Origin: Heteronotia binoei
Lineage: Eukaryota
Direction of reading: 5' to 3'
Length of the DNA stretch: 64,000 nt
NCBI RefSeq assembly: GCF_032191835.1
Contig: NC_083223.1
Location: forward strand, 253,270,001-253,334,000
The position numbers were made by a program, and so were the translations under genes. This document shows positions 49,770 to 62,040 of this stretch, in pieces. The notes beneath the pieces were generated by a model, which was not told the DNA's origin, did not search any database, and worked only from the letters and a program-made list of their open reading frames with translations. How positions within the stretch are numbered: position 1 is the stretch's first letter; the number at the start of each line of letters is the position of its first letter.

Positions 49770-50532
49770 CCAATGGGATGAAATTAAATCAAAAGAGTTT
49801 CTGGCTCAATGTTAGGAAGAACTTCCTGACATTTAGAACAGGTCTATAATGGAACAGGCTTCTGGAGTTGGTGGGCTCCCATAAGAACATAAGAGGAGTC
49901 ATGTTGGATCAGGCCAATGGCTCATCCAGTTTAACACTCTATGTCACAGTGGCCAAGAAAACCAAGTGCCATCAGGAGGTCCACCAGTGGGACAGGACAC
50001 TAGAAGCCCTCCCACAGTGCCCCCCAAGCACTAAGAATACAGAGCATCACTGCCCCAGACAGTTCCAACCATAAGCTGTGGCTAATAGCCACTGATAGAC
50101 CTCTGCTCCATATGCTTATCCAATCCCCTCTTGAAGCTGTCTGTGCTTGCAGCCACCACCACCTCTTGTGGCAGTGAACTCTCCTTCCTTGGAAGGTTTT
50201 AAATGGAGGCTAGATGGCCCTCTGGCAGCAATGCTGATCCTGTGAACTTAGGCAGATCATGAGAGGGAGGGCAGGAATGATTGCATCAGTGTTCTTGTGG
50301 CCCTTTCTTACACACCCAGGGAAAATTCTGATTGACACTTTGGGGTCAGTCAGCAGTTTTTTCTCCAGACCAGTTTGGCAAGGGGTCCTGGAGGTTTTGC
50401 CATCTTCTGGGCATAGAGCAGGGGTCACTGGGGATGTATGTGTGTGGCGGGGAGGTATTTGTGAAGTTCTGCATGGTGCAGGAGGTTGGGCTAGATGACA
50501 CTGGAGGTCCCTTCCAACTCTGTGATTCTATG
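49770..50532 (+). mobile_element. CR1-A 3' fragment interrupted by an antisense CR1-B 3' end (about 49880-50178)
   Basis: The CR1-A halves gtgggctc|ctctccttccttgg rejoin across ataagaacataag...gtggcagtgaa. Confidence 0.8.
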
Positions 50533-50957
50533 AAATGGGAAACAGTGATATGAAGTGGGTTTTTTGATTTGGAGGCAGACCTTGGTTAGCCCTAACCATG
50601 GTTTATTCCCTAGGGTGTCACAGCAAATCATGCAAACTGGGCAGGCAGAGGATGGAACCAATGCATCTGTGTTATATTGAAGCCGGCGAGGGGGGCGGTA
50701 TATTGAAGCTAGCAGTGTGTTTCTAATAGCTGTACAAGGTCTGTGGGTATTATTTTTTTAGAATATCTATAATCCACCTCTTTGGAGACCTTCTTGGATA
50801 AAGCAAGATAAAATCATCAAAAAATTTAAAATCATTAACATCAGCAAACCATAAAACATCCAGCCAATAAACCCCAGAGCATGAAACATGTATAGTGCAG
50901 TCCTAAGCAGTGTTACACCCTCCTAAGTCTTTTTAGAAGCCAGTTTTAGGTCTTAGA

Positions 50958-51210
50958 GCCAGTTTGGTGTAGTGGTTAAGTGTGCGGGCTCTTATCTGGG
51001 AGAACCGGGTTTGATTCCCCACTCCTCCATTTGCAGCTGCTGGAATGGCCTTGGGTTAGCCATAGCTCTGGCAGAGGTTGTCCTTGAAAGGGCAGCTGCT
51101 GTGAGAGCCCCACCCATCTCACAGGATGTCTATTGTAGGGAAGGAAGATAAAGGAAATTGTGAACCGCTCTGAGATTCGGAGTGGAGGGCGGAATATAAA
51201 TACCATGTTG
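50958..51210 (+). mobile_element. Young Squam3-like SINE
   Basis: Same family as 41878. Confidence 0.85.
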
Positions 51211-52452
51211 TTGTCGTCTTTTTATGATTTCACTGCCAGCAGCCCAAGTTATCCTCATAAAACTGTTGTCAAACTAGAAGCAGAGTGTAAAAACAGTTTT
51301 AAAAGACCAACCCCTTTAGTTAAAAGTCTGGTTTTAAAAATGGTTTGGTAAATGGTAAAAAAATAAGAGTAGGGTAGATGCCAGCCAAAACTCAGGAGGG
51401 AGAATGTCCCACAGGTGAGGTGCCGCCCCTGAAAAAGGTCTGCCTGCTCAGGCCTACTCTAGTGTCCTATGTGTGGGTGGCGGCAGGGAGAGGGACAGAG
51501 AGAGAAGGGCTTGTAAAGAGAATCTTGACTGATGGGGTGGTGCAGAACTAGTGAATCAGCCAGAGTGGGTTGTGAGGAATACTTGCATATGAGCTGAAAT
51601 GAGCTGGGCATTGCCTCCTCCAAAATTTATTTACCTATTGAATTAAATTGTTCCCACCTTTTGGAAAAGAACCTTCAAGGCAGCTCACAGCCTACAATAA
51701 TTTTATTTTTTATTTTTTAACAACAACAGACTTATCAGTCACCAAAGAAGCCAGAAGAACACACGTGTATAACTAAATGAGCAGCAGAATTATTTCAGAT
51801 AACGTGCAGTTATTCCTTGCAACCATCTCTCTGAACCCTGATAATTCTACAAGGGCAGCTATGTTTGGTTTTTAAAGTGCCACTTTGCTGCTGTGTCTTG
51901 GGCCTTGCAGTCTTCAGATTGTTGGGTCTTGCATTCCTCAGATTCTTGGGTATAGGGAAAGAAAAACCTGTCTCCATGTTGCCATGAAAAAAAAAATCTG
52001 AATGCAACAGCAGGAAAAAATCTGAATGCAACAGCAGGAAATCAAGTCCAAATGTCCTAAAGTGCACAGTCCTCTACTTTAAGCTGTTTTGTGTTTTGCA
52101 CTCAGACATTCTTTGTGTGAATCCATGTACATTTGTATAATAGATTCTGCCTTTTTTTTTTTTTGCTCTGTTTACCATGACTCATTCTGGTCTTGCTGGT
52201 TTTGAGGACGGACAAACAACTGGGCCAGGAATATGCCCCTCCCAGACAATAGGAACGCTTACTCAGCCACCCTCATCTAAGCCAACGCTCACCCTCATGC
52301 CTCCCAACCAGGGTTACTAACAGGCTAGGGGGGAAATATCCTTGCCCTTTAAAAAAGCTTAATGTGGGGAAATTGGCAGCTGAAGCTTTTTTTATGACCT
52401 GAAAGAAATAACATGGTAAGACATCATATTAAGCCTCTCTTAAAGGGACAGG

Positions 52453-52733
52453 CACAGAGCGGTAAAGCTACAGTACTGCAGTCCGAGCTCTCTGCTCATA
52501 ACCTGAGTTCGATCCCGGTAGAAGCTGGGTTCAGGTAGCTGGCTCAAGGTTGACTCAGCCTTCCATCCTTCCGAGGTTGGTAAAATGAGCACCCAGCTTT
52601 CTGGGGGGAAAGTGTAGATGACTGGGGAAGGCAATGGCAAACCACCACATAAAAAGTCTGCCGTGAAAACGTCATGATCTGACGTCACCCCAGAGTTGGA
52701 AATGACTGGTGCTTGCACAGGGAACCTTTGCCT
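52453..52733 (+). mobile_element. Sauria SINE (tRNA-related head, BovB-type tail)
   Basis: ggttgactcagccttccatccttccgaggttggtaaaatgag core; ggggaaggcaatggcaaaccac tail; (acctt)-like end; 13-bp TSD ttaaagggacagg. Confidence 0.85.
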
Positions 52734-53219
52734 TTAAAGGGACAGGGCTTCTTTTTTCCTGGAGGCAATTGGCAACCCTATTCTAGACATATGATATTGT
52801 TTTCATTGTATGGCTTGTTATTTTAATGGCCCCTTTGTAGGCTGCCTTGGATGTCGTTCTTGGACAAATAAAGCATAGGAATCTTTTAAATCATTAAATC
52901 GTTTCCACAGTCACAAGGACTAGAAAGGGTTTTTTTTTTTATTTAAAAAATGAAGGAATGTATATGGGGGAGCATTTAGTTTGCAACTAAATCTCCATTA
53001 AGTGGTCTTGGGTCTGCACTCTTGGTTAAGAGGATAAAAGGCACCACGCAGGATCAGAACAAGGTCCTTGGATTTTTGAAAGACTCTCAGGTACCAGGAG
53101 ACCCACAGTCCATCAGTGGATCACAGTTTACCTTCTGCCCAGTTTGGATAGTTAAGAGCCTCTCTGCTCACTGTGGCAGAATCACAGTTTACATCTGACC
53201 ATTTGCAGAACTGCAGGTT

Positions 53220-53660
53220 GTGATTCACATATTCATAGCCTGTCCATGTGGTGCAGCTCTCCCTGAGCACGTGAGCAAGGCCAGTCCCAGACTTTGGGAG
53301 GCCCTGGGCAGAGATCCTAGGGCCTCCTCCAATCTCTGCTCACAGGTCCTGCTCATACCCTCATTCCTGTGCACCTGTCCTCGTGCCTCCCGCCCGCTTG
53401 CGAAGCCTCCCACCATCTACGCTCACAGCCATCTGTACTTCCTGCAACCCTTTCCGTGGTGGCCACTGGGAGCATGGATGGTAGAGCCCTGGGAAGTGAG
53501 TGGGAAGGGGGGGGGGGGGTCAGCAGCTATAGGTCCTCCTAGAAGTCCTGGCAGCTGGCCCACCTCAGTAGATGTTGATATGGCCTTGACCATGACCCCT
53601 CTGCATTTTGGAAGGACAGCGGTCATGAACACACTAGCCTGGCCCCCTCACAATCTCTGA
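53220..53660 (-). mobile_element. Possible old L2 endonuclease-region remnant
   Basis: Degenerate resemblance to L2 APE motifs only. Confidence 0.3.
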
Positions 53661-54625
53661 CTCATCAGCACAGAGTCAGTGCCTGAAGAAAGCATGCATG
53701 CCTGCTAGGCCAGACAGCTCACGCTGCAACATCCACTACAGCACTGCCGTAAAGCTTCCCCAGGATAAGCAAACGAGCAGGCTGCCATTTCACAAGTTCC
53801 ACTCAGTAATGCTGCAGCCAAGCTGTCTGGCTCACCCAGCTGACCCGGGCCAACTCTTCTTCCAGGAGAGGGAATGGGGCATTTTCTGGGCCATTTTAGC
53901 CTCCCCATTCCACCCCTGGAGGCAGAAGATGCCCCCCCTGCCAGTATTCACAGATTTTGCCATTTACAGAGATCCCAAGAACTCCTGCACATGGAGAGAC
54001 CTGCTGCGTGTTGCACCCTGTGTATAGTCAGGAACAGTCTGGATTCTGCAGTTGCACAAAGCACGTTGAATACAGAATTCAGCGTCCTGAGACATTCTTC
54101 AAAAAGCTTGCTTCAGGGCTTTCTGGCTGCTCTGATAGACATGAAAGCACTTTTTACGTGCCGGAATGTTAGAAAGCAGAGAGGCGGGACTGAGCAAAAT
54201 TTGCAAAGGAAAGTGGGCCCCATTAACTAATAAAACCAGAACTTTTTTGGGTTTTTTTGCAAAATAAGGAATTATTTTGCAGTTACATCATTTATACAAG
54301 GGCACAAAATCCACTGTTTGTACTTGCTAGTTTTCTTTTCTGTTCTTTAAACAACAGCTTGAAAACACAGACTTTCAGAAAGCGAAGCTCTTCTCTGGCG
54401 TGTAGATGATTTCCCCATGGAATTTCTGTTGAATTAAATGGAGATGATTTGAAAGATCATTCTTTGCTTGAGAATTCAGAGAGCTGCTGCTGAGCATGTT
54501 TATTTGATAGTTTATTCATTTAGCACATTTTTATCCTGACGTTCCTCTAAAGAATTTGGTGCGGTGCACATAATTCTTTCCTCCTCCATTTTTATCCACA
54601 CAACGACCCTGTGAGAGGTGAGGCT

Positions 54626-54808
54626 CAGGCTTTTTTTTGTAGCAGGAGCTCATTTGCATATTAGGCTGCACCTCCTTGATGTAGCCAATCCTCCTGGAGC
54701 TTACAGTAGGCCCTGTACTAAGAGCCCTGTAAGCTCTTGGAGGGATATGCTACATCAGGGGTGTGTGGCCTAATATGCAAAGGAGTTCCTGCTACAAAAA
54801 ATGCCCTG
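54626..54808. mobile_element. Fold-back hAT MITE inside an antisense SINE
   Basis: Perfect TSD gtgaggct. Confidence 0.9.
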
Positions 54809-54913
54809 GTGAGGCTGAAAGAGAGCAGCTGGCCCAGAGTCACCCAGCAGGCATCCATGGCGGAATGAAGAGTTGAATCCATGTCTCCCAGAACCTTGTC
54901 TGACGCTCTAGCT

Positions 54914-55252
54914 CAGGGGTCCCTGAACCTTTGTGAGTCTGCAGGTACTTTTGCAGTTCTGACACAGTAGGTGGGCAGCCCATCCACAAAATGGCTGCTG
55001 TAGGAGGCAGAGCCAGCCACAAAAAGGCTGCTGCGGCTTACCTGCAGTCACACACAGTGAAGATGCTTGTGCTGTGGTGGCATCTGCCGCCAAAGCAGCG
55101 GTCTTAAAAATCTGCATGGTTGATCAAAATCTCTAGTGGCCAATCAGAGGCCTTGCTGCTGAGCAAAAGCCCCACCTGACCGCTTTCTAAAGACAGTTGG
55201 AAGATACCAGAAAGGGCCGTAGTGCCCATGCGCCTCATGGTGGGGGCTGCTG
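54914..55252. mobile_element. Older hAT-Charlie MITE
   Basis: caggggtcc start; flanks ctctagct/ttctagcc resemble an NTCTAGAN target. Confidence 0.55.
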
Positions 55253-55314
55253 TTCTAGCCACTACAGCACACTGGCTCTCACAATGTTCTGTGTAGATAC
55301 AGAGGGTTCTAGGG

Positions 55315-55770
55315 CAGTGGTCCCCAACCTTTTTGGCACAAGGGACCGGTTTTGTGGAAGACAATTTTTCCACAGACCGAAGGGGAGGGAGGGGCAATTT
55401 ATTTTGGTGTGGTGGTGAAGTGTGCAGACTCTTATCTGGGAGAACTGGATTTGATTCCCCACTCCTCCATTTGCGGCTGCTGGAATGATCTTGGGTCAGC
55501 CATAGCTCTTGCAGAGCTGTCCTTGAAAGGGCAGCTGCTGTGAGAGCTCTCTTAGCTCCACCTACCTCACAGTCTCTTGTGGGGGAGGAAGATAAAGGAA
55601 ATTGTGAGCCACTCTGAGATTCGGAGTTGAGGGTAGGATATAAATCCAATGTCGTCGTCTTATTATTATTACATTGTAATATATAATGAAATAATTATAC
55701 AACTCATGGCCTGGTTGCTAACAGGCCATGGACCAGCAGCGGTCCACGGCCCAGAGGTTGAGGACCCCTG
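55315..55770 (-). mobile_element. hAT-Charlie MITE, MER1/Charlie3-like, interrupted by a SINE (about 55394-55660)
   Basis: TIRs cagtggtccccaacc / ggttgaggacccctg; perfect 8-bp TSD ttctaggg. Confidence 0.85.
55394..55660 (+). mobile_element. Young Squam3-like SINE inside the MER1-like MITE
   Basis: Same family as 41878. Confidence 0.85.
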
Positions 55771-55859
55771 TTCTAGGGTGTTCAGCAGAACGCCTGACTT
55801 GGCCCTGAAGGCACCCAGCAAGGTCTGACAGTCTTTTTTTTTAACCTTCTCTTTTGCAG

Positions 55860-55944
55860 CTTCCGTGAACAGCCAGAGATTTGAGGAGGGCCAGTACTCT
55901 TTTGTCCTGACACCGCAGCAGGTGCAGCAGATCCTCACCTCTCG
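55860..55944 (+). CDS. PIAS3: PIAS3 exon 3 (ASVNSQRFEEGQYSFVLTPQQVQQILTSR)
   Basis: tttgcag|CT acceptor and CG|gtaaac donor; 85 bp; phases 1/2 fit the neighbouring exons. Confidence 0.95.
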
Positions 55945-56444
55945 GTAAACAGAATATTGCTTTAATTTAAGAGTTTGTTTAAAAAAGAAACAACCCTCAA
56001 AACTACTTTGCAATGATGAGATGAAAAGAGCATGGGAAAGGCGAGTGACACCAGGCTAGGCAGCTGTCCCTACACACCAAAACTTTAGGTAGGGTTTTCT
56101 CAGATAGGGTGGTGTGGCAGATGGAAGGGGTAGGGTTTTTTTATTCCTTTGCTTCGCAGTCTCTGACTTCTGCCTGCTCTGTGTTGAGCTTCTTTCTGCT
56201 AGCTACATACAGATGTTCGTGCCTAGGCTTTGGACGCTGTGCAATGCAAGTAGAACGTTACAGCAGTGGGGTTTTTCTCACTCTCTGCTGCAGTCACCTA
56301 TGCCTCCTGAAAGCGTCTCTGTGGGTCAGTGGACTCCCCACTCTCCTCCAGGAGCATGATAGGGATTGAAGGTGGGGGTGGCAGCAAGAGTGGGGAATTG
56401 GAGAAAATTGCCTTCCTCCTCCTCCTTCCATGAGTGGAAGCGCC

Positions 56445-56628
56445 CAGGGCTTTTTTTTGTAGCAGGAACTCCTTTGCCTAGTAGGCCACACATGCCTAAT
56501 GTAGCCAATCCTCCAAGATCTTACAGTAGATTCTGGAATGAGAGCCCTGTAAGCTTTTTAGAGACTGGCTACATCAGGGGTGTGTGGCCTAATATGCAAA
56601 GGAGTTCCTGCTGCAGAAAAAGGCCCTG
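56445..56628. mobile_element. Fold-back hAT MITE
   Basis: TSD gaagcgcc/gaagtgcc (CpG decay). Confidence 0.88.
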
Positions 56629-56767
56629 GAAGTGCCCTTCTGGGGGGATGGGATTAAAGCGTAGGTCTCATGCAAGCTTGATCTCCCCCATCCCATCAGC
56701 TTGCCAGCTTACCCAAGCATAAATGGTTTTCGGATTGAGTTTCCTTTTATTACACAATACTGTAGAC

Positions 56768-57110
56768 CAGGGGTCCTCAAACTTTTTAAATAGGGGGCCA
56801 GTTCACTGTCCCTCAGACTGTTGGAGGACCGGACTGCCGTTACTGTACAAGGCCGCGGGCCGTCAGTTCTCCGTCTTCTCCATCTCTCTCCCTTCCCCAC
56901 ACCACACACCCTGGCCTGGGAACTCACCTCACCTCAGTATCACCTCACACTCTGTCTCCGCCGCCTCAGCCCAGTGCCGGAAGTGTGCGTTGCTAACGCA
57001 AGTTTAGGTCGAACGTCACTTCCGGTCTGATTTTGCCATAACCCGGCGGGCCGCATAAACATCCTCAGCGGGCCGCATCTGGCCCACGGGCCGTAGGTTG
57101 AGGACCCCTG
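56768..57110. mobile_element. hAT-Charlie MITE, OC1 (OposCharlie1)-like
   Basis: TIR caggggtcctcaaac; perfect TSD ctgtagac; CpG-rich, so probably young. Confidence 0.85.
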
Positions 57111-57200
57111 CTGTAGACCCTTCAGATCCAGAACAAGATTTTCAGGTAGTTTGGCTGGACCAGTCCATGTTAAAACATCTTCTTTTTTCCCTTCTGATAG

Positions 57201-57251
57201 AGAGATCTTACCTGGTACCAAATGTGATTACACCATACAGGTTCAGTTAAG
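57201..57251 (+). CDS. PIAS3: PIAS3 exon 4 (EILPGTKCDYTIQVQLR)
   Basis: ctgatag|A acceptor and AG|gtaagc donor; 51 bp. Confidence 0.95.
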
Positions 57252-58457
57252 GTAAGCAGAGCCTTTTCAGTCTTTTTCTTTCTTTTTTTTTTAAATCATG
57301 CATTGGAGAGGAGGGGATAATTTCTGCTTTGTTTATTGTGTATACAAATTAAATGGTTATAAATTATTGTGTATTATAAATTAATTACCCAATTAATTTA
57401 TTATGGCAGAAGCCTTCACGAGCCAGAGCTCACTTCAGCAGGATTGCAATGTATTATATTGCAGTTGGCAGACAGATTTGTATCTAAAGATGCAGAGGGT
57501 AAGAAGCACCATTCTAAAGAGAGGTCAGAAGAGTCTGTTTTCTCAGGACATAAAGTGTAGGGCACAAACAAAAACAAAAACCCGCAATAAAACAATAAAG
57601 GAGCCACTCAGTGTTTTTATGGCGGATGTCCCATCATTGATGTATTAGCAAAGCAGGAAGAATAATGCAAATAACCCTGTAAAGAGGGACAGTAACTTTT
57701 TTAGCATCTCAGGTCTCTGGTGTCTCCGATCTGCCAATTAATTCCAATTCTGCAGTTTTTGCTGGTTTTTTTCCTTTGAATGTCTTCAGCCGAAGGACTG
57801 CAAACTTGACATCTACCGCTGAATGTCTGCAATAATTTTCAAAGGGTATTGGAAGTTTTTCCTTAGAATGCATTCTTTGCATACCTTTTCATTTACGTAT
57901 TCCTTAACAACAAGCCTGAATTCTCCTTAGAAGTGAAAAATGGCTAAGCTGAGCCTACTTGGGGATCTTGACTGGTGGTGGCATAAAATGTTTTAGATAA
58001 GTAAATAAAATTGTACTCTGGTCACATCCTGAGAAGGCAAAACTCACTGGAAAAGACAGTGTTAGGAAAAGCTGAAGGGAGTTGGAAAAGAGGAAGGCGC
58101 AACACGAGAGAGATTCTCAGTGACTGAAGTCCTTGACTTCCTTTTGCAAGACATTGGCAGGGCTCACAATAACAGCACAATTTAGAGGTCGTTAATTCAT
58201 AGGATCATCATAATCAGAAGCTGTTTAACAGCACATAACTTTACATGACATATACATTAGTGGTGGAGCATTTGCTTGGCACGCAGAAGGTCACAGGTTC
58301 AATCCCCAGCATCTCCTGTTATAAAAAGATCAGGGCAGTAGGTGATGTGAAAGTCATCTTGAGGAGCCGCTACCATTCTGAGCAGACAGTGTTGACTTTG
58401 ATGGACCAATGAATCATCTGGTTCAGTATATGGCAACTTTATGCATTTGCACACTAT

Positions 58458-58730
58458 AGTTTGGTGTAGTGGTTTAGTGTGTGGACTCTTATCTGGGAAA
58501 ACCAGGTTTGATTCCCCACTCCTCCATTTACAGCTGCTGGAATGGCCTTGGGTTAGCCACAGCTATCGCAGGAGTTGTCCTTGAAAGGGCAGCTGCTGTG
58601 AGAGCCCTCTCAGCCCCACCCACCTCACAGGGTGTCTGTTGTGGGGGGAGAAGATAGAGGAGATTGTAAGCTGCTCTGAGTCTCTGGTTCAGAGAGAAGG
58701 GCGGGGTATTAATCTGCAGTCGTCGTCTTC
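58458..58730 (+). mobile_element. Young Squam3-like SINE
   Basis: Same family as 41878. Confidence 0.85.
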
Positions 58731-58850
58731 TTCTAATAGAACATCAGGATTGATGCACTCTCCTCTGCAGGAAAGGTTTGGGTACAGTTTTGTGTGCCTT
58801 TTCTTTTCTTTTTTCACTTTTCTGCTGGTCTTTCCCTTGTGCCTTCCCAG

Positions 58851-58941
58851 GTTTTGTTTGTGTGAGACTAGCTGCCCACAAGAGGACTACTTCCCTCCTA
58901 ATTTATTTGTGAAGGTCAATGGAAAACTTTGCCCCCTTCCA
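58851..58941 (+). CDS. PIAS3: PIAS3 exon 5 (FCLCETSCPQEDYFPPNLFVKVNGKLCPLP)
   Basis: cccag|G acceptor and CCA|gtgagt donor; 91 bp; residues diagnostic of PIAS3 rather than PIAS1. Confidence 0.97.
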
Positions 58942-59166
58942 GTGAGTATATAACTCTCCCTCCCACCAGTCTCTTGAATGGCCTTCTTTTTTTATCTTTC
59001 AGTAGTCTGTTGTGGGACAGTCCATGTTCCACGATTGAAGTCTTTCTCAGTTCTGAGTATGCTCAGTAAGTTTTTGGTTTTTATTTGCTTTTTCCAGGAG
59101 GTGTTCAGACCAAGGGCAGGCTATAAATAAATAACAGGGAAAGGGGCATTTAAAATAACCATCAGG

Positions 59167-59380
59167 AGGGATGGTGGCTCAGTGGTAGAGCATCTGCTTG
59201 GTAAGCAGAAAGTCCCAGGTTCAATCCCCGGCATCTTCAACTAAAAAGGGTCCAGGCAAATAGGTGTGAAAAACCTCAGCTTGAGACCCTGAAGAGCAGT
59301 TGCCAGTCTGAGTAGACAGTACTGACTTGGATGGACTGAGGGTCTGATTCAGTAGAAGGCAGCTTCATATATATATGTTC
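59167..59380 (+). mobile_element. tRNA-Ala-like SINE, same family (also 58255-58447 + and 30174-30362 -)
   Basis: Near-identical to 38444-38641. Confidence 0.75.
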
Positions 59381-59771
59381 ATAAATATATTTTTAAAACC
59401 CTTAACATAATTATTTATTTCAAATATTTGCTTGTCTGTTCTTTCAAAACTATTTCCATCCAAAGCTGGTAATGCAGTTTTAAAGCAACAATACTGTCTT
59501 CAGAAACTTTTAGGAGGCCATTTTTTGTGCCAGGGCTTTTAATGGGATCAAATTTGTGGGTATCTTTTGGGAGGGGGGGGGGAGTCATTTGGGGTTTTGT
59601 TCAGTTTTGAATGGTGATTTATTGCACTCATTGAAGCTCATTTTCAAAGGCCAGCCCCATGTGAAGCTCACCGCAGTAGTCAAATTATGAAAGGACAGAG
59701 CTCCTGCACTCTTCAGTTTTCATGATATACTCTTTAGCGGATATGATTGATGTTCTCTTCTGCCTTCACAG

Positions 59772-59906
59772 GGTTATCTTCCTCCCACAAAAAATGGTGC
59801 AGAGCCCAAGCGACCGAGCCGACCCATCAACATCACCCCTCTGGTGCGGCTTTCTGCAACAGTGCCCAATAGCATTGTAGTGAACTGGTCCTCTGAGTTT
59901 GGCCGG
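59772..59906 (+). CDS. PIAS3: PIAS3 exon 6 containing the PINIT motif
   Basis: cacag|GGT acceptor; GYLPPTKNGAEPKRPSRPINITPLVRLSATVPNSIVVNWSSEFGR; CGG|gtaaga donor; 135 bp. Confidence 0.97.
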
Positions 59907-61337
59907 GTAAGAGCAGCAGGGTGTGGCAAGCATTGTGGTTGTAATCATTTTTCTCTCTTGCTGTTTGAGCAAGATTAGCTTGTCTTTTTTTCCTGTCTTA
60001 AGAAGGATGGTGTAAGTGTATATGCATATGGTGTATATGTGCTCAGTGAACACCCACTGAGACCTTTTCCATATGCTCAGCTATTGATTTTCTTAGCAGT
60101 AGATCTACAGCATTGGAATTGGTTTGAACTTGGTTCTTCAGCATGTCTCCCCCTCCCTGTACATTTTCACAGTTGAGGAGTCAGTTTATTTTCTTCCATA
60201 TGTGCCTTAAATAATCAGGATTTTCAAGGGAGGGTGCTGTCATCCTCAGTGTTATTGTTGGTGGTATCACAGCGCCCCCCCTCTTTTATTTTTCTACAAA
60301 ACTGCCCCAGAATATTGATATATTGATATTTTGTTGTAATGATAGTTTAAGCCCGGTTTTAATTTTTTAAAAAAGGTAAGTCTCTATCTCTTTCCCTCAC
60401 AGTGATATATATAAAAAAGACATATCTCTGTGAGGGAAGGGGTTAGAGTAATTCAGGGAAAGCTGGGAATTCAGAAAATCTGCTTTAAACTATCGTTACA
60501 ACACTATATTGATATTTTATTGCCATTTTAACAAAATACAGTGAAGTCTCTCATCTCATGGCAGTGGTGAGGGGGTGGGGAGTGGTTTGACAATGATGAC
60601 AGTCCAGTCATTGAAAAGGTGGGAGTGAGTGGGACAAGGAAAACTGACAGAAACATTACATACAAGGAAAAAGCTGACTCCAAACTGGTTTCCAGAAAAT
60701 GATTCAGGTAAGTTTCAAAAGAACCAGAGGAAAAAAAAACATGAAAAAGACAAAGAAGAAACAAAAATGTATGAAGAAATTGGGGGATAAACTGTGAAGC
60801 AGTATGGGGGCCAGAACCAATGGTGAAGAAAACATATAGAAAAGCCCTGAATTTTATAGTGATCTAAATATGAATCTTTGATATTCAAATCCAGAATTCT
60901 CCATTCCTGTTGCTGAAAGCTGACGCCCTGTTATATCTTTTCACGATAATGTACACAAATGCTTTAAGACTATAAACAATTGCGTTGGTGGTGGCTCATC
61001 CATTTCAGCAGCCTGTCTGTACTTGAAATCTCTTTCATGCTGTCATTACAAACCCTTTTTTCCCTTTCTCTGCCTGCTTCCTTTCCCTCAGCCTTTCCTT
61101 GGCTCTACATGAGGTCTTCCTCATCCACCAACCTGACTTTCTGCTCCCTCACAATAGTTATACTGGCAGTGTTCTGCAATTTATTTATTTAGGTGTTAGC
61201 AGTTCTATATCTTTGAACATTCCATGACATCACAGCAACTTAGTCAATAGTTGGAAGGAGAGAATTGTTTCTGACAGGTGGGAACCTGTAGAGTCTTTTC
61301 TTCTACACAACTGTAATATTAGCTTTCTTCTCCCTAG

Positions 61338-61443
61338 AATTATTCCTTGTCTGTTTACTTGGTGAAACAATTGACGTCTGTGACATTGCTGCAGAAGCTG
61401 AGGGCTAAGGGGATCCGAAACCCGGACCACTCACGGGCTCTGA
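61338..61443 (+). CDS. PIAS3: PIAS3 exon 7 (NYSLSVYLVKQLTSVTLLQKLRAKGIRNPDHSRAL)
   Basis: ccctag|AAT acceptor and A|gtgagt donor; 106 bp. Confidence 0.97.
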
Positions 61444-61624
61444 GTGAGTTCTAAGTTGCTTGAATGTTAGCGCTGTAAACTTGGCTGATATGTTTGGGGG
61501 GAGAGGGAGAGATGGGAAAGGATCAATGGGAACACCTGCAGTTGGATGAAGTTGTAAGATCTCTGTTTTCCATTCTGCCAGAACTGAATGGGTAAGGCAG
61601 CTTGGTCCCTAATTGGAGAGTATG

Positions 61625-62040
61625 ATAACATAAGAAGAGCTCTGTGGGATCTGGCCAGTGATCCGCCTAGTCCAGCATCCTGTCTCACACAGTGGCCAAC
61701 TAGTTCCTCTGGATGGCCGACAACAGGGCATAGAAGTCAAGGCCTTCCTTCCCCTGATGTTTCCTCCTGGCACTAGTGCCTCGGAATGTGGAGGTTCCCT
61801 TCAGTCACCATGGCTAGCAGCCACTGATAGATCTATCTAATCCTCTTTTAAAGCTGTCCATTCCTGCGGCCATCAGTGCATCCTCTAGCAGCAGTTTTCA
61901 TGTTTCTGTATAAAGAGGTCTTTCCTGTCTGTCGAGAATCTACTGGCCATCAGCTTCATTTGATGCCCTCGAGTTCTAGAATTTTGGCAGAGGGAGAAAA
62001 AATTATCTCTGTCAACTCTCTCCACCCCATGTGAAGAAAC
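61625..62040 (-). mobile_element. CR1 3' fragment
   Basis: cataagaagagc tail; minus-strand peptide RDNFFSLCQNSRTRGHQMKL. Confidence 0.75.

Noticed and set aside
58639-58953. 104-aa ORF extending exon 5 upstream
   Set aside because: Open frame through a SINE tail and the pyrimidine tract; the real exon starts at the acceptor at 58851.
60560-61200. Hidden exon or TE ORF in intron 6
   Set aside because: Purine-rich and ORF-like, but interrupted by stops in all frames with no recognisable motif.
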